A DNA stretch of 64,000 bases from Lytechinus pictus (taxonomy: Eukaryota). Below, piece by piece: positions 48,491 to 61,823 of the stretch. Made by a program: the position numbers and the translations under genes. Location of the stretch: positions 20,772,001-20,836,000 of the forward strand of contig NC_087250.1 in assembly GCF_037042905.1 (NCBI RefSeq), in the 5' to 3' direction. The first letter of the stretch is position 1. Each line of letters opens with the position of its first letter. Below the pieces are notes generated by a model. That model made no database searches. It was not told the DNA's origin and worked only from the letters and a program-made list of their open reading frames with translations.

Positions 48491-48923
48491 TATAAGTTTT
48501 ACATATTTGTGTGAAAGAAATGGATGAAGAAAACAATGGTAGGCGTAGCTTAAATCAAGGTTCCCCAGAGCTATCTGCCCTTTGGAACACCGGTGCCTTA
48601 ACCACTAGACCACAGAGACGGGTTAGTGGCTAGGGCCACATCGATCCAATTGACCGTCAGATAGACAGATTTTCGACACTATACCAATTATAATTTCCTT
48701 TGTCGGGTGTAGGTGTGTTTTTGAACAATGACAAGCCGCCATGCCTCAGCTGGATGCTTTCACATCCATATATACACAGCAAAAACTGCGGTGTTAACCG
48801 GTGTACATAGAGGACCACACCAGTTATTTTACACCGGTGTTAAATTGACATTGTTAGTTTAGCACCTATATATGAGGCGCCAAATGTACCAATATTATAT
48901 AGAACAATTATTTGTTATATAAT

Positions 48924-51900
48924 AAGATTATTCGAATAAGCGAAGAAGATAGTTTGCGAGAGAAGACAGGTCTTCTCAAAAAACCAATTATTGGCAAGCC
49001 ATACACGGCCCGCGAAAACAAAGCGCGCCCCTGCGATTCCGCGGGAATTCTCCAAAGACACGCCCCCAGCAACATGTCTGTGATTGGCTGGGCATGTCAC
49101 GGATGGCGCCGTTACACAGCGCCCTTGGTGACAGCCAGGCAACGGCAACGGGGGCACAGCCTCTACGCTAAAAAGAACCAATGAAATGCATTGAAAGAAT
49201 TCAGGGACGTGCGCAATACGCGACAGATTTGGAAGCACATGTTCATTCTCAACTAAGCTCTGGGGGATGCAAGACGTTAATTCGTAGTTCGCTATGAAAC
49301 CGTTCTTGGATCATCATAGTTTAGGCCTCACTTTAGCAGGCTAATACAAACAATTCAAGTACTAGTATTGCTCATCCCAGGTCACAGGGATGACAGGATA
49401 AAATGGATCCCGGGAAAATTAATTCTCAGCGTTTTTATCAACATTATGAATGGCTAGCCGTCCAGATCTCGCTGACGACACGCTGGTGGAGCTGCAGAGT
49501 GCAGTGAAGGGATGGACGGATACAACGCTGAATTACCGAACCCCTACAGGGACTATCTCAGTTAGGCCGGGATCACCGTTCTCGTTAGAGGTCTAACGTT
49601 AGATCGACCGCTATTTTGCCACGGTCTATCGGTGAGACTGCAGAGTTGGAATATACATCAGCTTCCACAGGAATAATAAGTACTTTCAGTCAAACGGAAG
49701 CTCTGACCAATGCCGTGAATGAGGATATTTGCCGGAGTTGTTCTCCTATGAGTACAACTAGGCCGGTTGTCTTTTGAGGCTGTGCCTGTGATAAAACTGC
49801 CGGCGATGCTTCGAGTTCGATGGAGCTGGATCTAATTGATTGTTGATGCGAATGGAGTGGAGTTAGGGCCCGGACCACAGTGTATATATCTTGACCCGGT
49901 GAGTGTTTGGATCCATGTTTGTACTTGTAGTTGCACATCTTGACCTAGACCTTAAATGAATTTGGCCTGAACCGGCCGCTATAGTATAGCTATTACTTAA
50001 CTTGGGGCCCGGAACTCTAACGTTATAACTTGTGATACTAGATCTAGGCCTATATCTATTGACCAAATTCAAAGTTCCAACTCAGACTAAATGTTCTCTG
50101 GGCCTGGATCTATCCCTATAACCCCTTTGGCTTTGGTTCTAGGGCCAACTATGATATACGATATCGATCTAATAGGACCGAACATTTTTCAATATATTTC
50201 TAATGTGGTTGCGGGAATGCAGGATACATGGAAACTGAAGGACCTAGGCTAGCTTCGACTCGGCTTGGTTTGCGACTGGAGTTGAGTTGCTCCATGAGTT
50301 AAGTTGATTCAATATGACTTTATGAGAGCGTTGGTAAGGGTCGTATCAGAGGGCTTGGCGTCGCGCCCCACTCGGAAAGGCAGCGTTGAACAGTGGACTG
50401 AGTTGAATGATCAAATATTAGGTCAAAACCTATCACAATATGAGTTTTTTGTATTGGATCTAATTAAAGGATCAACATTCTGTTTCGCCAGCTGAGTCCC
50501 GGCTCATGCTACAAAATAAACAAAAAAGAAATAAACGATGCTCCATACACCAAGCTGGATCCCACGATAATTTGAGCCCATTGATCAGCTGGCATTTTGT
50601 AACCAAATTCCCCAAAATGAACAGGATAGGGGCTATAAATGAAACTAGGGTGGCTGCCTTCGGTGTGAACAGGGATACGATAAATATGATGAAATAAACT
50701 GCATTCGCCTACCGGTACTAAAACGATATTATTCATTGAGATAGATGGTAGAGGTATAGGTCGATGTACCGTAATCCGTATTTTGCTGTCCATTGGGCGT
50801 GTGTAATAATAGTTATTTGCTTGGTCAACTTCATCCTGTTCTGGACCTACATGAATTAACTGGCAGCTTAGTTGCTTGATGAGGTTGGGGAATGCTAAGA
50901 TACGTCATTTTTTATAGACCTCTATTACCAAATTTCAGTTCGGAAATGTAGTCAATGTATGCCCAGTGTCCGTACCACTTATCCTATCTCGCCGGCCTCG
51001 AGTTTATAAGATGGCGTAAAGATAAAACATAACCACAATAAAATATACGTCGATTGTATCATTCCGGGTGAGGAGGGGAAGTTGAGGGCGTTTGTGCCCC
51101 CCCCCCCGCCGAAATGCTCAAAAGAGCCCTGGAAAACCCCATTTATTGCCATGTTAAAGCTTATCCAACGCTGTAGGTTCGGCCCCTAGTTGTGAAAAGT
51201 GAAGGGAACGAGTGCGGGATTCACAAATTCATTGGCATACTTTTTAAAAGGGCGCCTTGGAAAATCCCCTTTTATTGCAATTCTGGAGCGTTGCAAGTTA
51301 AGGCGATTAGTTGTGGAAAGTATAAGGGAAGAGGTATGGAATTCCTTGCACACATTCTTGTCACGTTGTGTTGAACAATACTCTGCCGGAAGATTTGTTT
51401 GTTTTTTACCTCTCCAGGGACGTGGAGTCTGAAGTTAATTGGCCAGGGCACAAATGATCAAGCCTAGACCCAGACTGATGTACGAGGAGGCTTAGCTAAG
51501 CTTGACCTGGACTGGTGTACGAAGGGACAGGGCTTAGACTTGGCTTACTATGGTTCACATTGGATGACAGTGGTTGCAAAGGTTTTCACACTGCAAGATG
51601 AGAAATCCGGATTTATTTGAAGATGCCGGATTTTTGGTTTAACGTAATGCTCTAAATAGACGAGAGGTTGAGAAATGCAGTGATCAAGATCCTTAAGTCC
51701 AGACTTGAAGAGGAAACATGAATAATCTCGAAGTTGTTGAGAAGTATAACCCTTTCGGAGAAAACTAAAAAACCTTGGAAAAAAGGGGCATTATGGGAAC
51801 ACCTTCAGTTCGTATCTATTTGCAATTCTGGGCAGCCAGCAAAGTCGGTTAAAGCATCGATAACCAAGAATATAAACAAAAACTGTGAGGCATGTCCCTC

Positions 51901-53459
51901 TGGTGCATTTATGTGCTTATATATGTCTCTTCCTTTAAGACATAACCTCACCTGTTGTAAGAGGCGATCTCATATATGAAGCCAACTTGAATGTGGGAAT
52001 GCACGCCTTGATTTTTATGCCCCCATTTAACTTCATTAATCGATGTGGAATGGATATTATTTGTTTCGATTCACACTGGTGACCAAAAACGAAAAAAAAA
52101 AAAAAAAAAAAGAGAGAAAAAAATCCCGGATCTTAGCTTGAAGGAAGGCATTCCTACATAAACATTACACATGAGAAAATCATGCAAAATTTCCTAATGC
52201 ATGAACTGTTACCTGGGATGATGAAATTCAATGGTCTTATTTAACGGTTATGGAGGCCACAGTTTGTTCACTTGGAAAGAAATACACATTTATCAAATAG
52301 TTGTGGAGATTGATTTTGTATGGCATTTCATCAAACAGTTGAGTTGTACAATAATGATAGAATTACTAGCATGGTTTGGCTATACATTAATTTGATATAT
52401 TCTTTGGCCTCAAATTATTTCATGTTAGAGTCACTTCGATGACCCCCTAATTGACATTAAGTTGAAATTAGTTGAAAGAAGGGTACTCCTTTTTAAGGTG
52501 TGCCAAGACATTTGTTGATTTGTTGTTTCACATTTCCGCAAAAGTGGATCCGAAGGTTTTCCAGAGTTTCTTCTCACCGAGTTTTATCTCTGGTTTTTTA
52601 CCCTGGACCTACTTGACGTGGAATTGGTTTCAGCTCTCGTTGCATGAGTTATGTTTAGTGCAACGAGGGCTTAAACTTGCGAACAACATTCACTCGCAGG
52701 GGGAATGAAATAAGCAAGGATGCGATGTTGTCAAGCTTGTTAATGGTTTAGAGTGAGAATGGTTGGCCAATGTCCAATTGATGTAGAGATATTCATAACA
52801 ACTTGGAGGTGTAGACGAAGAGTATGGTATATGATGCGTCCATTCGTTGATCGCATGAGATTGCTTTGTATGGAATAATTTTTTTATTGTTGACTATCCA
52901 TTCCGATGGCTGGCATGGTTTATTGATCATTAACTTAGTTATTGTTGTCCTTGATTATTGAATTGGCTGGGTTGTCGAGCGTGAAAACTCACTTTTGAAC
53001 TTATGGCTTGGTTGGGCTTGGTTACAGAATTACCGACTGATTATTATCGGTAGCTTTGACATCAGCTTTCCAGGGGAGGCAATGGTTTGATAATTTAAAG
53101 TCGACGGCACCGATGCACGGCCCTCTATTCTACCATTTAGGGTCGCCGCCGATGAGGCAGAATATGGGACCAAATCCTACCTTAGTCATGATATCGGGGG
53201 TGCTTTGGAAGAGTGGCCCTTATTTTATCGAGTATTATTATACGATAAAATGCACAAAATAGAATTCTCATACTAGTAAAATGGCGACATTATTGAAGTA
53301 CGAGTATAATTACATGACAAAAGAAGATGACGCTCATAGTATATATTTTGGTTTCCGAAACCATGAGTTGCAACCAGGAAACCAGACGCGATGGTTTGGG
53401 AGGGATGGCCTTGACATGAAGGGACTCCCAAAATCCAATAGTGTTTGCCAAGTGTCACG

Positions 53460-53509
<50 letters not shown>

Positions 53510-56468
53510 TTGGGGCTTTCGCTTTTTTGTGGGTATTTTTTCTTATATCGGTCAAATTTCAACACCAGGGGGAGGCACTGTATACTAATTATGTCAAGAA
53601 AATCGGGACAGGGGAACCCAACTTTCCAAAGTCTCCTGGTTTGGAAGTCCGGCTGGATGTCTTCCGGCAGGTTCCCCTTCCAAGAATTCACGTTCTGGTC
53701 TTGAAGCCTCTCCCCCAATTTTATTTCACACATGAGATAATCTTGTATTGAATAGATGATAAATGTAAAGAGGGGAATCCGCACCCCAGGAAATACCTGT
53801 CCTGGGATCCCGTTGGATCTCTTCCTTCTGGGAGGTCACGTGACCCGGTTTCCCCCTTAAAATCTGGTTGATTGTGGCTTGATGAATATTGTTTAGAAAC
53901 TGTGTACTTGTTAAAATATTGTAAATGTCGTTTTAATGATTCTGGTAAAATCCCCCAGAGGCAATAAAGTTGAGAAACGGCAATTTCATGTTCGATCTGT
54001 ATTTATTCTCGCAATAAGATTATTCGAATAAGCGAAGAAGATAGTTTGCGAGAGAAGACAGGTCTTCTCAAAAAACCAATTATTGGCAAGCCATACACGG
54101 CCCGCGAAAACAAAGCGCGCCCCTGCGATTCCGCGGGAATTCTCCAAAGACACGCCCCCAGCAACATGTCTGTGATTGGCTGCGCATGTCATGGATGGCG
54201 CCGTTACACAGCGCCCTTGGTGACAGCCAGGCAACGGCAACGGGGGCACAGCCTCTACGCTAAAAAGAACCAATGAAATGCATTGAAAGAATTCAGGGAC
54301 GTGCGCAATACGCGACAGATTTGGAAGCACATGTTCATTCTCAACTAAGCTCTGGGGGATGCAAGACGTTAATTTGCCCTCCCTCCCGCCCATTTAATAA
54401 TGGTTGTGAGTGGTTGGTTATAATATTGTCAGGGTCGGAGGGTATTGTTTCTGCCTCCAAAAATGTGGTACACATGTTATGAAAAAAGATTGGATGATAT
54501 AATACATGGTTGTTAATAATTCTGTCGTGATTTTTGTTTATACTCAAATCGGTCAAAGGCGATTTTGCTAATTAATCTAAATGTGGTAATAGCGAATTTT
54601 AAAGACGGGGCTCGAGATTGCTCAATGAGCCTGTTTAAGTGCAAGTTGTGCCGGTTACAGTTGATTGAAATAACCTTATATTTTGGTTGGTTATACTGTT
54701 GATAGATAACATGGATTTATTTTGGGTGGTTGGCTGGGCATGTGTTTGGATAGAATTGCATTGGTTGCATAGGCTTGTATTAGTTGACTGGATGGGCTTG
54801 ATTGGCTTGTTGGTCGGATAGACTTTTATTGGTTGGTTGGGCGATATGTTTGGTTGTTTATTATCATAAAGATCCACGCTCTACAAGCAAGGCTTTTAGT
54901 GGATCCCCTCATTTCCAAACAAGTTCTTGTTAATACAATTGCCCAAATTTTCATAATTTGTCTATAGTTGATTTGTAATTACAATTGTTGTGTATTTGTG
55001 TTTATGCATTTAGTGCATATTTGATTTGTACCGTGATTTTTTATGATGTACATGACGGAAGTTCAAAATGAACTCGTTTTTATTCGGTTGGATGTGCTTG
55101 CGCTGGTTGGGTGGATGGGCTTGCTATGATTGGTTGGTTGGTTATAATGATCATAGGGATTCACGCTCTCCAAGTAGTTATTTTAGTGGATCCCCTCATT
55201 TCCAACCAAGCTATTAATACTTTTGTACAAATTTTAAAATTTTGTCTGTAGTGGACCGGCAATTACAATTTATATGTATTTGCAAATTGTTTATGCGCAC
55301 TATGATGCATATTTAATTCGTGTTTGTATTTGGTAATGATGTACAAGATGAACTGAAATTTGTTTGGTGGCTTTATATGGTTGGTTGGCTGGGCTTGTTC
55401 TGGTTGACTACAATTGCACAAATTTTTATAATTTGCAGTTGATTTGGAATTATAATTGATGTGTATTTGTGTTAATGCATTTGATGCATATTGATTGGTA
55501 CCGTAATTTTTTGTGATGTACATGACGAAAGGAACTTGTTTTGTTTGGTTGGATGGGCTAACATTGGTTGGATGTTTAGGCTTGTTATGATTAGTTGATT
55601 GGTTATGATCATATCGATCCACGCTCTATCAGCAGATCCTTTAGAAAGATCCCCTCAGTTTCAACCAAGCTGATAATACTATTGTACAAATATTGAAATT
55701 GTGTCCGTAGTTGACTTGTAATTACAATTGATATGTATTGTCATTGTTTATGCATCATATCATTTATAATTGATTTATGTTTGTATGTGGTAATGATGTA
55801 CAAGGTGAACTTAAACTCGTTTGGCTAGTTAGATTGGCTTTACATGGTTGGATGGTTGGATGGGCTTGTTATGGTTGGTTGGTCGGGCTTGTTATGGTTG
55901 GTTGGTCGGGCTTGATATGGTTGGTTGGATGGGCTTGTTTTGGCTAGTAGGATGGGCTTGTTTTGGTGTTTGGCCTGATTACTGAGTATTTTTTCTTATA
56001 TCGGTCAAATTTCAACACCAGGGGGAGGCACTGTATACTAATTATGTCAAGAAAATCGGGACAGGGGAACCCAACTTTCCAAAGTCTCCTGGTTTGGAAG
56101 TCCGGCTGGATGTCTTCCGGCAGGTTCCCCTTCCAAGAATTCACGTTCTGGTCTTGAAGCCTCTCCCCCAATTTTATTTCACACATGAGATAATCTTGTA
56201 TTGAATAGATGATAAATGTAAAGAGGGGAATCCGCACCCCAGGAAATACCTGTCCTGGGATCCCGTTGGATCTCTTCCTTCTGGGAGGTCACGTGACCCG
56301 GTTTCCCCCTTAAAATCTGGTTGATTGTGGCTTGATGAATATTGTTTAGAAACTGTGTACTTGTTAAAATATTGTAAATGTCGTTTTAATGATTCTGGTA
56401 AAATCCCCCAGAGGCAATAAAGTTGAGAAACGGCAATTTCATGTTCGATCTGTATTTATTCTCGCAAT
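48924..56468 (+). mobile_element. Ngaro/PAT-type tyrosine-recombinase retrotransposon with split direct repeats (A1-internal-B1-A2-spacer-B2), coding region decayed
   Basis: A1 48924-49282 matches A2 54016-54374 (359 bp); B1 53533-54015 matches B2 55986-56468 (483 bp). AAT sits at the left junction, the B1/A2 junction and the right end. Faint RT/YR-like remnants occur in order (YVDCIIPG 51046, CPIDV 52771, KTHF 52984, GRQW 53074). Confidence 0.8.
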
Positions 56469-56599
56469 CATTATTTATTAAATAATAACTATTATTTATA
56501 TATAATTTACATTTTATTTGTAAATAACTACTATTATATAAAATATCATTTCTAATTATTTATATATAATTCCAAGTAATACTTCATTATTTGTAAATA

Positions 56600-57000
56600 A
56601 TAATAGTTCGACATTCCATTATTTATAAATAATGATTATTTATTTTTCATTATTTATAAATAATGATTATTTGTTTTTCATTATTTACAAATAATGATTA
56701 TTTGTTTTTCATTATTTATAAATAATGATTATTTGTTTTTCATTATTTATAAATAATGATTATTTGTTTTTCATTATTTACAAATAATGATTATTTGTTT
56801 TTCATTATTTATAAAAAATGATTATTTGTTTTTCATTATTTATAAATAATGATTATTTGTTTTTCATTATTTATGAATAATGATTATTTGTTTTTCATTA
56901 TTTACAAATAATGATTATTTGTTTTTCATTTATAAATAATGATTATTTGTTTTTCATTATTTATAAATAATTTGTTGAGTTTTCCATTATTTATAAATAA
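56600..57000. repeat. 31-bp tandem repeat TTATTTATAAATAATGATTATTTGTTTTTCA (inverted mirror at ~59500-59880)
   Basis: Period 31; each unit with its junction contains the palindrome ATTATTTATAAATAAT. Confidence 0.9.
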
Positions 57001-60000
57001 TGATTATTTGTTAAATAATGAAAACGTCTACTTCATTATTTATAAATAATTTTTTCGAGTGCACCATTATTCTCATTATTTATAAATAATCATTATTTAA
57101 TGTTCGAGTTTTCCATTATTTATAAATAAAGATTATTTGTTAAATAATGAAATATCTACTTCATTATTTATAAATAATAATTTTGTTTCAATATCCCATT
57201 ATTTATAAATAATCATTATTTATAAACAATTTTTACAGTTTGCCATTATATACAAATAATCATTATTTATATACAAATAACTATTATTTATTAAATAATG
57301 CGATTATTTATTAAATAATGCCATTATTTATTAAATAATGGATAACTCGCTATAACATGCAAATGTGGGACCGCCCATGTTATGAATATTCATGATGCGA
57401 TTTCCTTTTTCGTGATTTTTCTTCACAAATGTTTGTCCATTTCCTCTTCATAATGACATTTCTTGAAGCAATTTTCTAGGGATATGGTCTGATTGTAATA
57501 TTCTTCATTTTCTATATAACTTCGTCTTCGTAGAAATATCAAAAATTGTAATTTTATACGATTTTTCCTACAGTTCACAATCCCCATAGGCGCGCGTGTA
57601 TCGTAGGGACAACCGGTGAATCGACGGAGTGCTCTTCATCGAAATACTACGTTGGTTGGTCCCCGGAAGTGGCGGGCGGAATTTAGCCCGAATCCCGATG
57701 GAAGTAGATCAAGTGCATATGAGCTGAGAGAGTGAAATATCAGTGTACAGGCCCTTCTACTGTTTATAAATATTTCTTGTTGCTTTTTTTGTTAAGTTAA
57801 TTTTTCCTGGTGTAGAGATAAGTTTCAGTTCTAATAATGCACTTCAAATACATTTTGGAGTGTCTGTTTGAGGCGTTTGGGGCGATTTCACCCTGGCCCC
57901 AAAATGCGCTCGCAACGACAATACGGGGGCATGATGACCCCAACATTTTTAAAAACTTATTTTTCTATTGAAAATTATCACAAAATTCACCAAAAGTGTG
58001 CACGAAAGCCTTCGTATTTCACTTTTAAAACTCCAAAAAGTGCCCAAATGACAAGCTTGGTCGCTTCGCTGTGTCGCTTTCAACTTGAGAAAGTTTACGC
58101 GTCTGCTTCCCCCCCCCCCCCCCCCTCCTCCGAAAGAAATTCTGTATACGGCCATGCTCTAAAGAGCCTGGCACATTGATTTATGTATACTTTCATTTTC
58201 ATTATTTTTATCTCATTATCATCATGGCCTTACGCAGATTTTTTTTCCAGGGGGCCGGGGCCGGAGCATGACGCGCGTAAACTTTCTCAAAAAAATCTTG
58301 AAAGCGAGACAGCCACGGGACCAAGCCCAAATGACAAGCTTGGTCGCTTCGCTGTCTCGCTTTCAACTTGAGAACGTTTACGCGCGTCTGCCCCCACCCC
58401 CCGAAAGAAATTCTGTGAACGGCCATGCTCAAAAGAGCATATGGCACATTGATTTATATGTACTTTTCATTTTCATAATTTTTATCACATTATCATCATG
58501 GCCTTACACAGAATTTTTACCAGGGGGGGGGGGGGGGAGCAGCTAGGACGCGCGTAAAGTTTCTCAAAAAAATCTTGAAAGCGAGACAGCGACGCGACCA
58601 AGCTCAAATGACAAGCTTGGTCGCTTCGCTTTTTCAAGATTTTTATGAGAAAGTTTACGCGCGTCCTGCTCCCCCCCCCCGGAAAAAATTATGCGTAAGG
58701 CCATGATGATAATGAGATAAAAATAATGAAAATGAAGTACACATAAATCAATGTGCCAGGCTCTTTAGAGCATGGCCGTATACAGAATTTCTTTCGGAGG
58801 AGGGGGGGGGGGGGGAAGCAGACGCGTAAACTTTCTCAAGTTGAAAGCGACACAGCGAAGCGACCATGCAAGCTTGTCATTTGGGCACTTTTTGGAGTTT
58901 TAAAAGTGAAATACGAAGGCTTTCGTGCACACTTTTGGTGAATTTTGTGATAATTTTCAATAGAAAAATAAGTTTTTAAAAATTTAGGGGTCATCATGCC
59001 CCCGTATTGTCGTTGCGAGCATTTTGGGGCCAGGGTGAAATCGCCCCAAACGCCTCAAACAGACACTCCAAAATGTATTTGAAGTGCATTATTAGAACTG
59101 AAACTTATCTCTACACCAGGAAAAATTAACTTAACAAAAAAAGCAACAAGAAATATTTATAAAAAGTAGAAGGGCCTGTATAATGGTTATTTGTATATAA
59201 ATAATGATTATTTGTATATAATGGCAAACTGTAAAAATTGTTTATAAATAATGATTATTTATAAATAATGGGATATTGAAACAAAATTATTATTTATAAA
59301 TAATGAAGTAGATATTTCATTATTTAACAAATAATCTTTATTTATAAATATTGGAAAACTCGAACATTAAATAATGATTATTTATAAATAATGAGAATAA
59401 TGGTGCACTCGAAAAAATTATTTATAAATAATGAAGTAGACGTTTTCATTATTTAACAAATAATCATTATTTATAAATAATGGAAAACTCAACAAATTAT
59501 TTATAAATAATGGAAAACAAATAATCATTATTTATAAATAATGAAAAACAAATAATCATTATTTGTAAATAATGAAAAACAAATAATCATTATTTATAAA
59601 TAATGAAAAACAAATAATCATTATTTATAAATAATGAAAAACAAATAATCATTATTTATAAATAATGAAAAACAAATAATCATTATTTGTAAATAATGAA
59701 AAACAAATAATCATTATTTATAAATAATGAAAAACAAATAATCATTATTTATAAATAATGAAAAACAAATAATCATTATTTGTAAATAATGAAAAACAAA
59801 TAATCATTATTTATAAATAATGAAAAACAAAAAATCATTATTTATAAATAATGAAAAATAAATAATCATTATTTATAAATAATGGAATGTCGAACTATTA
59901 TTATTTACAAATAATGAAGTATTACTTGGAATTATATATAAATAATTAGAAATGATATTTTATATAATAGTAGTTATTTACAAATAAAATGTAAATTATA

Positions 60001-60943
60001 TATAAACAATAGTTATTATTTAATAAATAATGATTATATAACAAATAATTGTTCTATATAATATTGGTACATTCGGCGCCTCATACCTATAGGCAGATAG
60101 GTGTTATTGCAACACCTTTGGTTGTTACATGTACACTCTTTGGTGTTATATTCAATCTCTAGGGTGTAATTTTAACACCAGAGGGTGTGGTCCTCTATTA
60201 ACACCCACTGGTGTCAGTTTTAACACTACAGTTTTTACAGTGTATATATATATATATATATGGATGTTATCACGCACTCAGAAAGATTACATTAGTTTAT
60301 ATTGTATACTATTAAGTTTTAATATAGGTATATTTTTGTTATCGGCGCGTGTATATTTACATTAATTTTGAAGATAGCATTTTTATTTGTTCCTTATCCA
60401 CGATAGTTTGGGATCTGAAGATTGATAGATAAACAAAAGATAGACAAGGTGTTTTCTTTTATTTGCACACGTCTGAAGCATACCGACATATGTTTTTATA
60501 CCCACCGAGAACATAAAATATATTTCCCTTGGGTATACTGGCGTATACATTACATTGGAACGTTGCAGTCTGATCCCAAAATAGAAATAACCAAGAAAAT
60601 TAATGTTTAAATAATAACAACACAGGTAGGTAGAAGAGCGTTTTTTAATTTGTTCCTGAATGGTCTTTGTGATAAAAGGAGATTGGATAAATAATTTAGT
60701 ATTTATAAAATAACTAATTTGCTGAAGCAGGATGGTGATTTTTTTTCATTTTGTTAGTAAGTTTAATATTCAATATAACTCTCTTGACTATTATTCTGTC
60801 AAATGGATAAATATTTGCAAGGATCCTCCTAAAAAGGGTGTTTATTACCACTGGAAAATTGTATAGCATTAACAAGGTAACGAAAGTATGTGAATTTATT
60901 CATAGATGTGTGTCGAGAAAATGTTTTAAACCCATATTTCCCC

Positions 60944-61553
60944 TTAAAGGGATGGTCCGGGCTGAAGATACTCATATCTAAATAAATAGAGTAAAATTCA
61001 CAAAGCTAAATGTTGAAAATTACATCAAAATCTGATAACAAATAACGAGTTATTGATTTTTTTAAGAATTGCATTATTCTGGTGAAACAGTTCTAGGCAT
61101 GTCTTCATGAATATTCATTAGGTGGGCCGATGATGTCACATCCCTATTTTTCTTTTTTTCTTATGTTATTACATGAAACCATAATTGTTTCAGTTTTTCA
61201 TACATGTGTAAATTATGTGTCTCCATTATGATGATATAAGTTGCGGCAATAAATAATCATTTGTTAATCCAATTGTTTTAGTAAGAAAAAAAATCGGTAG
61301 ATTTTTTTTGAATAAACCTAATTTATATAGAAAGATACAAAGAAACAAGTGGGGATATGACATCATCAGCCCACCTTATGAATACTCATGGAGACATGAT
61401 AAGAAATGTATTAACGGAATAATGCAAATCTTTATAATTCAATAACTTCGTGATTTGTTATCCGATTTTGATAAATTTTTCAGTGTTTTGCTCTGAGGAT
61501 TTTCCTGTATCTAATTGGAATATAAAAAAATTCAGCCTGGACCATCCCTTTAA
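60944..61553. mobile_element. Kolobok-like family K2 copy (TTAA TSD)
   Basis: TTAA|AGGGATGGTCCGGGCTGAA ... TTCAGCCTGGACCATCCCT|TTAA with long imperfect TIRs. Confidence 0.8.
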
Positions 61554-61823
61554 CAATGAAGGAGTATTATTTCAGAACCAATTTCATATGTTTTATGTGA
61601 TTCCTTTTTAATGTTCCTTATCCACAAAGCTTACAGATTTGAAGAAACAGCAATTATATATCATTAATGTCGACATATATTTGAAAACTGTTGGGATATT
61701 ACGATCTGAGTTGTGTTACAGTTGTTTAGAAGACAATGAAACTAAAACTTATTTATTTTTGGAATGCCTCTTGACTTGTCGATTTTTTGAAAAATACTCG
61801 TATAAAACTGCAATTTATTATCT

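Larger units (their letters stand above)
48871..60085. mobile_element. Foldback (TU/FB-like) element with modular long inverted arms, interrupted by a YR retroelement
   Basis: Termini TATGAGGCGCC.AATGTACCAATATTATATAGAAC at both ends. Outer arms 48871-48923 plus 56469-~57285 mirror ~59180-60085 and carry 31-bp AT-rich tandem units. Inner arms 57747-58307 mirror 58626-59180. Confidence 0.85.
48775..60242. mobile_element. CACTA-like MITE split by an 11.2-kb nested insertion (host parts 48775-48870 and 60086-60242)
   Basis: CACAGCAAAAACTG ... GTTTTTACAGTG with TA TSD; the two halves rejoin to match 43199-43597. Confidence 0.8.

Noticed and set aside
48912..56237. Duplicated ORF pairs (48912/54046, 48915/53986, 53455/55944)
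   Set aside because: They recur only because they lie in the A and B direct repeats; no recognisable domains.
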